A stretch of 64,000 bases of DNA from Bugula neritina (lineage: Eukaryota > Animalia > Bryozoa): positions 24,692,628 through 24,756,627 of the forward strand of contig OZ037767.1 of NCBI GenBank assembly GCA_964035545.1, given 5' to 3'. Position numbers and translations under genes: made by a program. Under the pieces are notes generated by a model that saw only the letters and a program-made list of their open reading frames with translations, did not search any database and was not told the DNA's origin. This document shows positions 38,101 to 50,954 of this stretch, piece by piece. The first letter of the stretch is position 1; the number at the start of each line of letters is the position of its first letter.

Positions 38101-41100
38101 TTCAAAAGAAGCTTGATAAGCATGAGTTTTTTCTTTCTCAATTTCAAGTTCTCGTGCCAAGCCATCTTTCTCATGCTGGAGACGTTTCAACTCCATCTAC
38201 AAAACAAAGTAAAATAAGTACATGTTTTCACACTGTGAAACAATATAACATATATAGAGACACTATGAAACAATATAACATATATAAAAACATAATATTA
38301 TAAGCAAAGAGAAAATTCAAGAGTTACTAAGAGTGCTGTTCACTATAGGAACCAAAGACTTCTACAGAGACTATAAGTGCAGTATAATTAGCAAACACTG
38401 ATCTCCGCAGTGACTATAAGCGCTACATATTACAGGAAACACAGATCTCTAGAGTAACTAAAAGTGTTGTATACTAAAAGAGACACAGACCTCTAGAGTG
38501 GCAGAATGCTCATTTTTAGCAATCATATTGTTGCTTCTTTCAAGCAAATCTCTGTATTTCTCCGTGAGTTCCTGGTACTGTTTGTTGGCTGATTCCAGCT
38601 CACTGAGAGGGACAGATTCTTCCCTTGTCTTCTGCAGAGTTGCAATCTTGAAGGAGGCCATATCCTACACAGTACATGATAGTCATAGTGTCATATCCTA
38701 CACAGTACATGATAGTCATAGTGATATATCCTATACAGTACATGATACTTAGTCATAGTGTCATATCCTATACAGTACATGATAGTCATAGTAATATATC
38801 CTACACAGTACATGATAGTCATAGTGATATATCCCACACAGTACACGATAATCATAGTGTCATAGCCTACACAGTACATGATAGTCATAGTGTCATATCC
38901 TACACAGTAAATGATAGTCATAGTGATAAGCGCTGTGTCATATCATACACAATATAATACTATTAGACACATTGCTATTAGTCAGAGTGTTGTATAAAGG
39001 AGAGAGAATGATTACACAGATCTATTAAGAGTGATGTTATTAGTGATGGTAGTAAATATAATGAGCAATTTTATTAAGCAGCGGTCCTGCATTGACTACC
39101 ACTAATAAGTCTATAACAAATACCACCATTACTATCATCAGCCATTACACAAATATTACCAATAGTAATCTGCTTGTACTGGTACTGACAGTGCCTGCGA
39201 TATTATTATTAGTATAGCAATGTTCTAATTTAAAACAATTATCATTCCCAACAATAACGAAGTAGAGATTTAAGCAATAGTGACCACCAGAGACATTAAA
39301 GATTGTATAAAAGTAAATATTCTTCTATAGACTAGCTTCAGAAGTGTACAGATGTAATTTAGTACCTTATATCTTTGCAAGTAGCCTAGGCGCTCTGTTA
39401 CAGCGGTTTCCATGGCGATGACCTCATTCTTCAGCTTTGTATTCTCCTTCCTGAGAGCTGACTCAATGTCTTGCATCATGGAGTAGCGCCTTGTGAGTGC
39501 TTTTTCATTGACTCTCAGTACTGTAGTCTTTCTAGACATGTCAGCTAATCTCCGCCTCACCTCTGAGTCATCATGTGACAGCGTCTCTAACAATCTCTAC
39601 CAGCACCATTGTCAAGTACAAGCACAGAGTAAAATACATTCGCATCATACCATGCTTCAGGTATAAAACTGAAGGGAGGTGAAAACTATACTTATAAAAA
39701 AGTGAAACATTCAAACTACTTCTTGTCTGAACCAAACAATCGAGAGTAAATGGTGAAGTACAAGTAGTACTAAAACCACAAACTATAGCCATATATTCTC
39801 ATTGATGATTTTTATATGAACCAGAAAATAGCAAACTAGAAGATGAATGCATGCACTTACGTCAAACTCATGAACTTTGACCTTGTCTTCAGACATCACT
39901 CCTTCAATTTCAGCCACCTTCTTTTCCATGAGCACTTTCTGGCTGTTCCATTCTTCCCTCTCTTCGTGGAACTGTTTGTATACGAGACCGAGCTGGTGTC
40001 TCACCACAGCAAACTTACCTTTGTATGTCTCTAGACCTTGTTCCATACGAGACAGCATTGTCTCTTTCTGGGACAACTCCTGTGGCAATTATAATCTGAG
40101 ATGAACTGATGTGACGTAACGGTAATGTGAAGATGAACTACATATCCATCAAAGATGTACACAAAACATCATCATTAATGGCTATTGAGATAAAACAAAA
40201 ACTAGAAATAAAACTGTCATTCACAACATTTTCTCATGCAGCCAAAGCAAAGACCAAAGAGAGAATAGCTGATATTAGACATGTACCATGAAATAAGAAC
40301 TCCCAAACAGAAAAGAGATATTAAATAACACAGCTGGTTATAAAGTATATTATGGAAGTATATAACTTACATGTAGTATCTGAACGAGGTGTTCATTTAG
40401 ACTAGCTATTACATCAGCACTTGACACAGCCATGCCTTCTGGTAAAGATAACGTCTGGAACAACATCCCCATACCCCCGGCAACTCTCACCGCATTGAGA
40501 TCTTCTTCTAATTTAGTTACCTGAGATTCAGATAATCACATTGAGCTAATTTACCTACTAAACGATGCTACAGAACAACAAATTGTAGTAAACATTGCTG
40601 AGAAAATGAAAAGCCCTAATCTAGAAAACGAACTCGTAAAATGCAAACAACAGTGCCTGACAAAATTGTGGAGAAAACTTCAACGATTTATGCAAATTGA
40701 AGTATAAATAACAAATGAAAATTGGAGTTGGGTAAGCTGGAACACTAGTGGTCCCCTTCTTGGTTAAACGATTACGCTATGATATAGCAGCTGAATACAC
40801 TAAAGGGTTATATCATATGTACAGGTTTATGACTCATAAATACCTTAGAGGTGGTCTTTTCAAGTTCTAACTTAGCCTTGGTGCCTTCAACTCGAGCTTC
40901 TCTCAATTCCCTCCTCAGCTCTTCATTTCTACCCGTCAGGTTATCAACTTGGGCCTTCAGATGCAAGGCTGCATCGTAGTTGCCAGTAATCTGCTTGGCC
41001 TCTATAGCCTAACAATCAAGCAGATTATGATGCTTAAAGAAGGAATGTATGTTAAGTCACCCCGCCTTTTGATACAGTGTCATCTCTCAGAACCTCAGGG

Positions 41101-44100
41101 TAACATTTACCCATTATAGTGTCCTTCACAGCATAAAGGCAGTGATACTTACACAGTGTGCTATGATAAGTCAAGAACAACAACATATACCGTGTACTTA
41201 CTGCAAGCATACGCTCTAAAGTTGGGCTCTCAATGTTCACAGCCTGACCTCCTTCTAAAACCACATAAAAATATAGGCTAGAGAACTTTAAGAGTAAGAT
41301 TTACTAAATCAACTTCACATTCAACATTAAAATATGTCCGAAAAAAACCTTTCACTACATTCAACAAACTTGTATCAAATAGCAACATTTTTTTCTTATG
41401 ACTTTATCAAACGTTCTTGATTTCCTTTTTATAAAATACCTATAAATATAGTTTATCCAAAAGTTAGATGTCATAAAACACCTAACTTTATTTTAATGAG
41501 TAATTAATAATCTTCATCCAGGTGTAAAAGTTTACCTGCTTTAGCATTAGACTCCTTCACAGACTTCAGGACTTCCTTCAGACCTTGCTCCAGTTTCTTG
41601 TTCTCCCCGTCCACCTCTCGTATCTTGATATTGAGCTCAGCGTTGGTCTGACGTATTCTGTCCATGTCTTTCTGGTACTTCTCAGTCTCCTGGGCCAGCT
41701 GCAGTGCCTGTAAGACCATATTAGCATAGTATGACATCAGCATTGGCAGACTAATTTCTTCAATGTAGAGTATATAACATACATTGTAGAGTATATTACA
41801 TACATTGTAGAGTATATTATATACATTGTAGAGTATATAACATACATTGTAGAGTATATAACATACATTGTAGAGTATATTACATACAATGTAAAGTATA
41901 TTACATACATTGTAGAGTATATTACATACACTGTAGAGTATATAACATACATTATAGAGTATATTACATATATTGTGAAGTATATTACATGCATTGTAGA
42001 GTATATTACATACAATATAGAGTATATTACATATATTGTGAAGTATATAACATATATTGTGAAGTATATTACATGAATATATGACATACACGACTTTTCA
42101 GCTCATCCGTCTCGGCATCCTTCTTCAGCTGTCCAACATCGTATGGAGACTTTTTCTTCTTCAAGGTTTCTGTGAAGTCAGCAATGGCTGACATGTCATC
42201 AGACGTCAGCCCCAGAGCAACAGCTCTACAAACATAAACGCGTGGCTGAACTGTATGTAAACATAAACACATGTGTTTACACACAGGTAAGATATCATTT
42301 CCTCTTCAGGTTAAGATTACATTATACTGTAATTACCTGTAAGTGCACCACAGACATGCTTTCTGTAATTTAATGAAATACTAATCCTGAGCTTTGACTT
42401 GCTATAAGCATCAACTCTGCTGCCGTTTTTACGAGAAGAGTGGGAACTAAAATCTTACCGCTGGCCGCCATGTTGGGCTAATTTTCGAATCTGCTGTTTC
42501 AACTCCAGCCTCTCTTCCTCGAGTCTTTCCACTTCCTTCTGCAAAACCTGATTAACAGCTCTTTCCTCTTCCTGTTTCACAACTTTACCTGCATGACACA
42601 AAGAAAGTGAGATGCAGTATAAAGTAGGAAGAAAAGTTCATAGCAAATGGCAACCTGCTGAATACTTAAACACATTCAAGAGCATTTGCTAGGGCGATGA
42701 GAAATAGAGGGAACAACTCACGATTTCTATAGTCAGTAAGATCTACTGTTTCCTTGGGGTCTAAACCTAGACGTTCTCTAAGATCTTCATTTTCATCAGC
42801 CAAATCATTCATATTATTGCCAAGACAGTTGACGTTTTGTGTCAACTCAACAATTTGCCTGCAAAATTGATTTCACCAAACATTGTACTGTTTAAAAAGT
42901 CTTTTACATGTGTTAACTTCTTACAAGACTCTGGAAACAAAGTCCTTACCTGTCTCTAATTTGAATTTGTAGTTTGCAGTCTTTAATCTCAGCAACAGCC
43001 TCTGGTAAACCTATTACCTTGTTCTCGTAACCTCTAAGCTTTTCAATATAGTCATTTAACTCTTTTTCTTTTTCTCTAACTTCCTGTTCAGCCTAGACAA
43101 GAATATTTCACCATTATTGTTACTTTATGCATATTAATGCAATAATTGAAACTATTATTTGCTGATTATTTTGTTTCACAAAAGTGTATCTAAACTATGT
43201 ACGAGAAATTCTAAGTGACAATTTCAATGATGAAAAGGCTTACTTGCTGCAGCCTATTATCCAACTGCCTGTTTTGTACGGAGGAGTGTCTAACCGTGCC
43301 TTGCAACTCCTTAATCTTCCGAAGGTGAATATCGGTAGAGCCTGGGCCGGAAAACTCTAGAACAAAAAATACTTTAATAACACCATGAAACAAACAATTA
43401 GGTTACAGTTAATAGCCATTTTAAAATATTAGTACAAGGGAAGATAACAAAACCAACCCTTATTCATTTGAGCTCTGAGGTCTTCAATGAGGGCATTGCC
43501 CTGTTCTATATCATCAGTAGCAAGCCTGAGCTTCTCCTGTAGAGCTCTTATTTGCTCGTCTCGCTCTTCTACACCCTACATGGGCAGACAACTCAGTTAC
43601 AGAGACAGGAATATAAAAGCAGACAACTTCCTCACAAATACTAAAATCAATTGTATAATTGTATTTCTAGAGAAACCATGCTGGTGCTGCTCTAGGATTA
43701 CAGTGCAAGCCTTTGATATGACACATTAACTTATGCTAACAATGTTACTATAGCAACTTATAATAGCAACAGAAAATGTTTTGCTTTCTAATGTAGTCTA
43801 AAAGACACATGCTATTTAATTTAGCCTATACAGCATGAGCTGTCAATTATAAAACTGATTGTATAACATGTCTCACCACAATACATCACTATCACAAACA
43901 CATGCTTATTGTACTGTACTGCAACAGTATCCCATAAGTTCTTAGTAAAGTCAGTAGTTATTCTTCCCCTTTTTAAAGATGATTAAGTGGTGCAGTGGAC
44001 AAGGACATCAGGTACTGATTAGGGAGTTGGTATTGAAAAAATTCTAATGTCACTAATTATATGTTATTTTTACACCTTAACCCTTGTTACTAGACCCACA

Positions 44101-47100
44101 TGATATTCATTGCTTCAATTGTATGACTAATTGCGCAAGCCGGGAGTTAATTAGCTGAAAACTGACTTGTTCCAAAGCAGACATCTTTGTTCTTTCACTG
44201 TCCATCGACATGGCAATGATCTGTTCCTTCTGCTGCAAAACTTGTTCACGGTATTCTAGCAGCTGAGCATCCTTATCACTTAACATTTTCTACAACAATC
44301 GTCAAACATAGTATATATTTCAAAAGGTGAGGCAATTCCAGTATATCAAAACTTGCCCACCACCTTCGATTACATTAAATATACAGTTAGCTCAGAGTGT
44401 TATTATGATTGAGAGTCGATATATGTATTCATCATGAGATGAAATAATAGACAATGTGTTGGTAATAATTAGATTAAGAAAACGAAAATAGAAAGAGTTT
44501 ATATTTTTTATGGAGAAATCAGCAGCATACCTTCCACTCCTCTACCTTGTTGTTGACAGCCACCATAATCTCATCCTCAGTGTCTCCTTTAGACTTGACC
44601 TGATCAGATATGTCTTGAACCTGGCAAATAGTTGCAGGAAGAACATTTACATAACATAACATAATCACTTCAGAACCTGAATACCCAGCCAATATATTCA
44701 TAAAACAAAGATTTTGATTCACATTTTTTTGGGTAACACAAATAGTCTTTTTTAAGACAAGTAAACACACATAAATTGATTGACTTGAAAAAAATTTAAC
44801 TTGAAATTCAATGTATCTGACTAAAATGTGGTTTACCTGCATTTTCAGTCTATCATTTTCTCTCTTAAGGCCGTCGAGGACTTTATCATTTTCATTGAGA
44901 ACATTCTTCTGTTTAAGATAGTCCTCTGTCAGTCTGTTCATGTCTGCAGTGGCTGCATTCATCTTCTCTTCCATTAGCTTTTGCTTATCCTCCAAGTCAC
45001 GGTTGTAATTCATCAGGTTCTAAAAGTATTACAATAACTTCCATGATAGTTCACACTTCGCAGGCAGAATTTAAAAAGACTCCGTGACCAGGGCTACCAA
45101 TAGTCTACAGAAATAATAAAACATTAAGCTGTTAATACTTGCCAGATATTCATCATTGAGAGTAAGCAACTCCTTGTTCTTTTCCTGCAGTTTAGACCTC
45201 AATGCAAGATCATCGTGCTGTCGACCTTGACCTGCATCTGTCAAGTTTTTCAATCTCTGTATATAATCACTGATGTCAGATCTTTGCCTTTCATTCTGTA
45301 AGTCAAACAAACAGTGTTATATAAATATGAATTCTGAGGACTATATAAGTTATGATGGTAAATGGCAACAATTCTTCTTCCTCTATAGATACTGGCCCAG
45401 AATTCTCTGTAAATTCTTTTGAGCCAATCATAAGGCTTGACTTACTTGAGACAAAATAATACAGTAACATCCTTCATTGATCAGACTAGTATAGTTACCA
45501 GTTGAAGTCATACAAACAATAGTATGCAGAGATATGAAAATCACTCATGAGCATGAATGCATAGTAAATGTTCTCAAACCTCTCTTCTTAGTTCTTCTGT
45601 TCTAGAACATTCTTTTTCCAATTCTTTAATCTTCTGTTGAAACTACAAACAATTTGAAAATAAAACTTGTGTACGTATAAAACCGCATACAAAAAACCAA
45701 CTGATTACATTTTAATGTAACGCTAAATAGACAGTCACAAATGCTTGTCAATTATTTTTTATTAAACACAGTGCAAACTAATTAAAATCTATAAGCAAAA
45801 TATCATTAGTGTTCTAACAACTTATTAAATTTCTACACAAAGTGTAAAAAGTTGAGTTAACATGTTCACTACTAGGTGATTCACCAAAAACATGAGAAGA
45901 CTGCAAGCACCACAGAAGGTGAAAGAAATGTCTTACGATATCAGTATTAGTACGCTCTCTTTCTAGAAGTCTTTCCTTCTCCGACAGCTCAGACTTCACC
46001 ATGGCTAGCTCCCGCTCACTAGCATCAAGTTCTTGTCTTATGATTCTAGTGTGGTCAACACCCCCGCCCGTGACTGCGCCGTCATCACCAAATCTCTGTG
46101 TAAGCACAACGCAACTAAACTTGTAGGAGTTTACAATACTAGTGCTTAAGGTTTCATACAGGAGGAATTGGAATACACTTTAACAAGTTTAAAGTATGTA
46201 GAACCTCTAAGCTAAACCTCAACAATTGTCCTATAGAAAGAAATCACCATTCTTTCTATAAAGCATTGTGACAATGAACCTATAGAAAAATGACTTAATG
46301 CTGCAGAAACAAAGAGAAACAAATCAGTTTCTTTTCACAGAAAAAAATCTTCACCTTTAGTTTCCTCAGCTCCTGATCCAGAACTTCTGCCTCATCTGTC
46401 TTTTGACGCACTGAAATTTATAAAAGTTTCACTTGAGAGCAATTCTGAATCTTTTTTATGTTGACAGTTAATATGTATGCAATGTATAATAACAGCTACA
46501 ATACCAGTGTATGCAGTCTTACACCACACAGAACACAACTGGCTGCTTTATGAACGAAGAGTGAACATTAATAATTGCTTTTCTAACCATCTTCACCGAA
46601 CATATCAACTGTTGCCACAAAGTAACACAAATTTGCTTTGCAATCACTAAGAGTTATCTGTTCCACAGAATTACTGAACATTTCCGAAATCTATGATGCA
46701 ACATTTTACCTAAAGTCTCCATTTCATTAAACTCAGATAACAGCTTCTCATTTTCTTCTTTCATTATTTCATTGGTTATATCTTTTCTAAACATTAATGC
46801 TTGAGCAAGAACAAAAGCTTTCTGAACCTTTTCGATTCCATCGGCATCAGTCAACGAGACCTGGTAGAAACCCAAAAGGTTTGCACACACAGTAATAAAC
46901 ATATTAGTCAGAAATACTTGCGATTCTAAAATCTAATACTTATATAAAATATTGACAAGTACTCACAAGTCAACAATATGAATATTTGCAACAATAAATT
47001 TGGGAATGTGACCCATAAATGAATTGGGAAACATTACAAGGCACATATAAATGCACATTGAATCAATGAAATTATATGGCAATGGTATGCACTTAGTTTA

Positions 47101-47297
47101 TACTACATGGTAATGAAGCAAGTAAATTAAAGCCATTGCTGTAGGTTGTTTAAACTCAAATATATCATTGAAGTTGCCAGAAATATCACCTCAGCCATTC
47201 TGTTGCTCCAATCAGTAACAAAGTTATCATCTTCAGAATTTTGAATCTGATCAACATCGGCAGCCATAATAGCCTCCCAATCAGTGTTGGGCGCCAT
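21361..47297 (-). CDS. CEP290: Centrosomal protein of 290 kDa (ciliary transition-zone coiled-coil protein), ~49 coding exons
   Basis: N-terminus MAPNTDWEAIM (human MPPNINWKEIM); internal VLRVNEKALTRRY, GKLHRHIVQLQVSE, LATLEMKELNERQRAEHA, WEESKK, SGRSTKELEKTISLLKKVIEK; C-terminus LKRELANFGPEFFEEIEDLKYNY...GVSL* (human FDPSFFEEIEDLKYNY). ATG at 47297, TGA at 21361-21363; includes a GC-AG intron 45020-45142. Confidence 0.96.
22664..23170. repeat. 13-bp minisatellite (CAGTACCACAGTA and variants)
   Basis: Period 13; explains the three spurious Cys/Val/Tyr ORFs; starts ~15 nt after the CEP290 donor at 23185. Confidence 0.95.
25795..26150. repeat. (ACAG)n microsatellite with four embedded GAGATATGGA(C/T)CAA blocks
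   Basis: Visible; starts ~10 nt after the CEP290 donor at 26160. Confidence 0.9.
26317..26436. repeat. 40-bp tandem repeat x3, each unit carrying an RFX X-box (GTTGCTACGGYAAC)
   Basis: X-boxes at 26341-26354, 26381-26394, 26421-26434. Confidence 0.9.
27610..27805. repeat. Degenerate 20-22-bp tandem repeat containing copies of the splice donor (AG|GTYAGT on - strand)
   Basis: CCTCTACTAACCTCTCATGA-like units abutting the CEP290 donor at 27805. Confidence 0.85.
27957..28292. repeat. 21-bp minisatellite (CCAGTAATATACACCTATATA) ~16 copies
   Basis: Period 21; ends ~10 nt from the CEP290 acceptor at 27947. Confidence 0.95.
32766..32964 (-). mobile_element. tRNA-derived SINE (copy 1) with target-site duplication
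   Basis: tRNA-like head with B box GGTTCAAACC (32911-32920, - strand); body GATGTTAGGAAGAGCATTCAGTCACAATTGCTCCTGT shared with copies 2 and 3; flanked by CAGTGTTATAACATA at 32751-32765 and 32965-32979. Confidence 0.8.
34783..34992 (-). mobile_element. tRNA-derived SINE (copy 2)
   Basis: Colinear similarity to copy 1 (AACCCCTAGACC head, GAACCCATGAC B-box region, ATCCCTGA tail); ends approximate. Confidence 0.75.
35779..35951 (+). mobile_element. tRNA-derived SINE (copy 3, opposite orientation)
   Basis: A box TGGTGTAGTGG 35790-35800; body GATGTTAGGAAGGACATTCAGTTATAATTGCTCCTGTAC matches copy 1; ends approximate. Confidence 0.75.
38659..38950. repeat. 33-bp minisatellite (~8 copies) whose unit includes a CEP290 splice acceptor and first 6 exon nt
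   Basis: Unit CATATCCTACACAGTACATGATAGTCATAGTGT; - strand reads ...CTGTGTAG|GATATG; true acceptor before 38664. Confidence 0.95.
41762..42075. repeat. 21-bp minisatellite (ATTGTAGAGTATATTACATAC) ~15 copies filling most of a CEP290 intron
   Basis: Period 21; source of the NILYNVC-type spurious ORFs. Confidence 0.95.
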
Positions 47298-48539
47298 GCT
47301 GCCTAATTTGTCAACTTGATACCTACAGTTATATGGCAGTGTCGTAATAAAACACTTACTATTTTATAGTATATATGCATGCTACATAATATATCTAAAT
47401 AAAGGACAAGCCCACCATTAAATTAAGGTTCACTTGTTTTTTTTCAATCTATTGAAAATCAAACAGTTTTATTGTAAAAACCAAGTTGGGTTAGTACCTG
47501 TGACACATGATATTTGTAAAGCTAAAAATAATTAATAAAAAAACCCCCTTTTACAAGATGGTTCATTATAAAATCACTCCAAATTTACATCATGTTAACT
47601 GTGCCACAGTTGAACATGTAAATATAACATTAAATCAAACAACTAGAACATAATATTCAATTCAAAGAATAATTATTTCTGTTATTATTCAACACATTAA
47701 AGTTGAACAATAATTTTAAATACATTTATATGCAGATTATCTATGATTATAAGAAGATATTTTAAAAACTCAATCATGGAATTACTTTTATCACCTGCCT
47801 CTTAATTAAAAAAAAATTCTGAGCAGCTGGGTTCAAGTCATACTGACTTCAGCACTTGAAACTCTTTGCATGAATTTACTTGGTAAAACTATTAACTTGA
47901 GGTTACTTGCTTAAAAACTCCAAGAGATGTGATGCAAGTCTCGGAATTTTCTTCTATTCAAACTTGTACTAAATTACTGTACATTTATGAAAAAATTTCA
48001 ATATTTTTCAGAAATTTATTAGATGTATAAATGTAATTGAAAAATGGATTTCAAGTTTACTATTGCTTTTTAAAATATTTCAACAAAAACCATTCTTTTA
48101 GTAATTGGAGCTCTTAGTCCTTAGAGTTACATACACTTACACTAGAAGACACTTTTTGAAACAAATATGAACAATTACAATTGATTCAAATGGCAGCCTT
48201 ACTAAGACTAGGATCAACTAAGCTTATGAGAAAAGTTTTATCTATTCCTGCCTGATGAACTAGGTTGATAAAAAAGCCTACATCAGCTTAGACTGTAATA
48301 CAACCAATAAATATGATAACAATAGTTACAATATAATTTCAAAATCTACAGTTTGATTAGAGTATTTACACTAAAAAAGTTAAGTTCTTACTTAAGTGTA
48401 AATATTTCAATATAACATAAAACGTTACTACACAATTTGAATTAAATACTCGTATTCTTGGCATATCTAAATTTAAGAAATATAAGCACTTATACCAACA
48501 GCTAAATTGTTATTCGCTAGCAACTTACGATACATCTTA

Positions 48540-48820
48540 ATACTAACAATAATAATAAATATAATATTATAGTTATTATGACTATGACCATAATGATAAT
48601 ACTAATACTAATAGTAATAGTAATACTAATAGTGATTACTATTACGAACATATTTTTAATTATCTTTAACTTTTAGTTTTAAATTTTATGTATGTTTATT
48701 TATGAAACCTATAGTTAAATACTTATAGTAAAACTAATACTGATTACTAATATTAATAATTATTAGTGATTACTACTAGTACTACTACTAGTACTAGACT
48801 ACTAGTACTGCTACTAGTAC
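48540..48820. repeat. Low-complexity (TAA/TAC/TAG)n tract
   Basis: Visible trinucleotide-type degenerate repeats. Confidence 0.75.
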
Positions 48821-49194
48821 TTCGGCTTCTGATGCTGATCAGTGAAACTGAATGTGATAGCTGATAGCTAAAGTAAAAGTACTCAATTTTGTTTCAACTT
48901 TACAGTTAAAATACTATCATTTTATTGCAACCTGTAAACAAATTGCTTAATTATAAATATAAATATGAGTATTGGGTAGAAAAATTTGGACTTGGCTAAA
49001 CTATTGCTAAGTGTTGCCATCAAAACTTTTAAAAATTAAAAATGGTTGCAAAGGAGAAGCTGTACGGCTTGTTATGTTTTATAATATAGTATGTTACGCT
49101 CTATGTTGCCGTCCCTGTATTAGTCATGTATTTGCTTTTAAAACTAGGGTTACAATTATAATATGGCCACTCAAAAAACAAGTATCAAGTTAAC

Positions 49195-49440
49195 CAAGTC
49201 TTCATCAACATTGTAATGAGAGATCAAGGCGCAACGTAGTGTTTCGGCCAATCAACGCGATTATTTATCCGTCCAGGCCTATGGTTTTTAACCCAAAGAG
49301 AGTCATTATTGGTCAATAAACGTTAGTGATTGATAAATATTTACTGTTTTGGGCGAGTTTCCTGAAACTGTCGCCGAAGGTTACATTGAAAATCAGATTG
49401 CCAAGAGTTGAATCACAATAATTAGAAGTGATAAAAGTAA
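49195..49440. promoter_or_regulatory. Probable bidirectional promoter shared by CEP290 (-) and CIB1-like (+)
   Basis: Only CpG-containing patch between the two divergent genes; oppositely oriented CCAAT boxes at 49248-49252 and 49308-49312; both ATG exons (acceptors near 47322 and before 57655) are preceded by splice acceptors, so upstream non-coding exons are required. Confidence 0.55.
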
Positions 49441-50272
49441 AATAAAATTCTAAATTAAAATGCTATTTCTTCAATATTTATTACTTATTAATATTACGTG
49501 CTAGTTCATGTTTATTTTAATTAATATTAAATTCAATTATTGATAATTGAAAGTATCAGTATGAGTATCAGATTCAATATCAATATGATAATGATTACGA
49601 GAATGAGACTCAGACTGTCACCATCAGTATCACTATGAGTATGATTCTATGGATTACTATGAGTATCAGTATGACTATGAGCATGACTTATGTTTATGAA
49701 GATCAATATTAAATCAATATAATTTGCTGAATCGTAGCTACATTTTAATCTGAATCTGATTGAGATTAAAGTTTCACATTACTTTTACTTTTAGTTTCTG
49801 ATTCACTTGATATTTACAATATTATTTATAATTGTATTCGTTTTCGACTTATGGCTTACCAACAAATTTAGTCATGAATATTAATTTGAAATTAATATTA
49901 ATATGATTATGGCTTTTTAAGTTTTTTAATTCATTTTCATAATCGCTGCGATTACTTTCAATTATATTAAATATTTTGTTTATTCATACTGATACTGAAA
50001 TTGATATTCATTTTGTAGCTAATTGTAGGTGCGCGAGTGTACCAATATCATTAACTTATTAGTAGTATGCCAACTGTAAATATTAAATGCTAAATATTTA
50101 TAATACAGCACCAGCAGTAATGAGGTTTTTTCTAATCCTATTATACAATTTTTTTTCAGATTGTTTAGAAAGCATATTTTATTTGTTTCATCAATTTAGT
50201 ATGATTTAATCAAGTAAATTTGGTATTCTATCAACGGTTGATGGGTTGTAAAACATTAAAATCTATAACTAA

Positions 50273-50852
50273 TGTTGTGATTTTGTGGATTATAAGAATA
50301 GACTAGTAGTCTGCATGCCAGTTATTGTGAGAGAAATAAAGAGTCTTGATTAAAATGAATCTATGAGTATTTATTTCTTCTGACTGCTTCGAGCTCCAGT
50401 ACAAGAATGAATTAACTTTGAAAAGCTTCGCACTTATATAGGGGGGAATTCCCGCCACTAATGAGGGGCCGAAACTCGTGCGAACATCGGGGTTCCGCCG
50501 ACCGACATCGGAGGGAGTACTGCCCAATCTCGGGCAGGTCCCTCCGACATCGTGTCTTCGGTCTCCGACTTCGCACGAGTCTCGGCTTACATATAATAAA
50601 AAGAAAACGAGTGCGAGGGAATACAACTCACAAAAACTATTACAGTAAACAACAAAAATAATAGGAAGGGCAATTCACAATCATTACGCTATTTACTACA
50701 CTAAGCTTAGTTATAATTACAATATTTGAGGCATTAGAAAGCTACGCAAGGAGCTTAGCTATAATTACAGCATTTACAGTATTTACAAAGTTACGCTAAG
50801 TCCATTATAATAGTGACGCGATATAATTACTAGAGCGTTAAAATCCATTACA
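50273..50852 (-). repeat. 3' LTR (580 bp)
   Basis: Identical to 56627-57206 except 50486 A vs 56840 G; - strand TATATAA at 50434-50440 and AATAAA at 50370-50375. Confidence 0.98.
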
Positions 50853-50862
50853 TTCTCCCCCC
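50853..50862 (-). other. Polypurine tract (GGGGGGAGAA)
   Basis: Purine run directly upstream of the 3' LTR on the element strand. Confidence 0.9.
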
Positions 50863-50954
50863 ATCGAAAAGCATCTCCCTTTTCGATAACAGAAAAACAA
50901 TTTAGCCTCCGTCCGGGGCGTTGAATGCTGGTGGTTCGCAGTTGTTTGTCTCAG

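Noticed and set aside
50303-50626. 107-aa LTR ORF with hydrophobic N-terminus (duplicated at 56657-56980), env/accessory-like
   Set aside because: Starts with TTG, lies wholly in the LTR across TATA and poly(A) signals; openness explained by the GC-rich hairpin.
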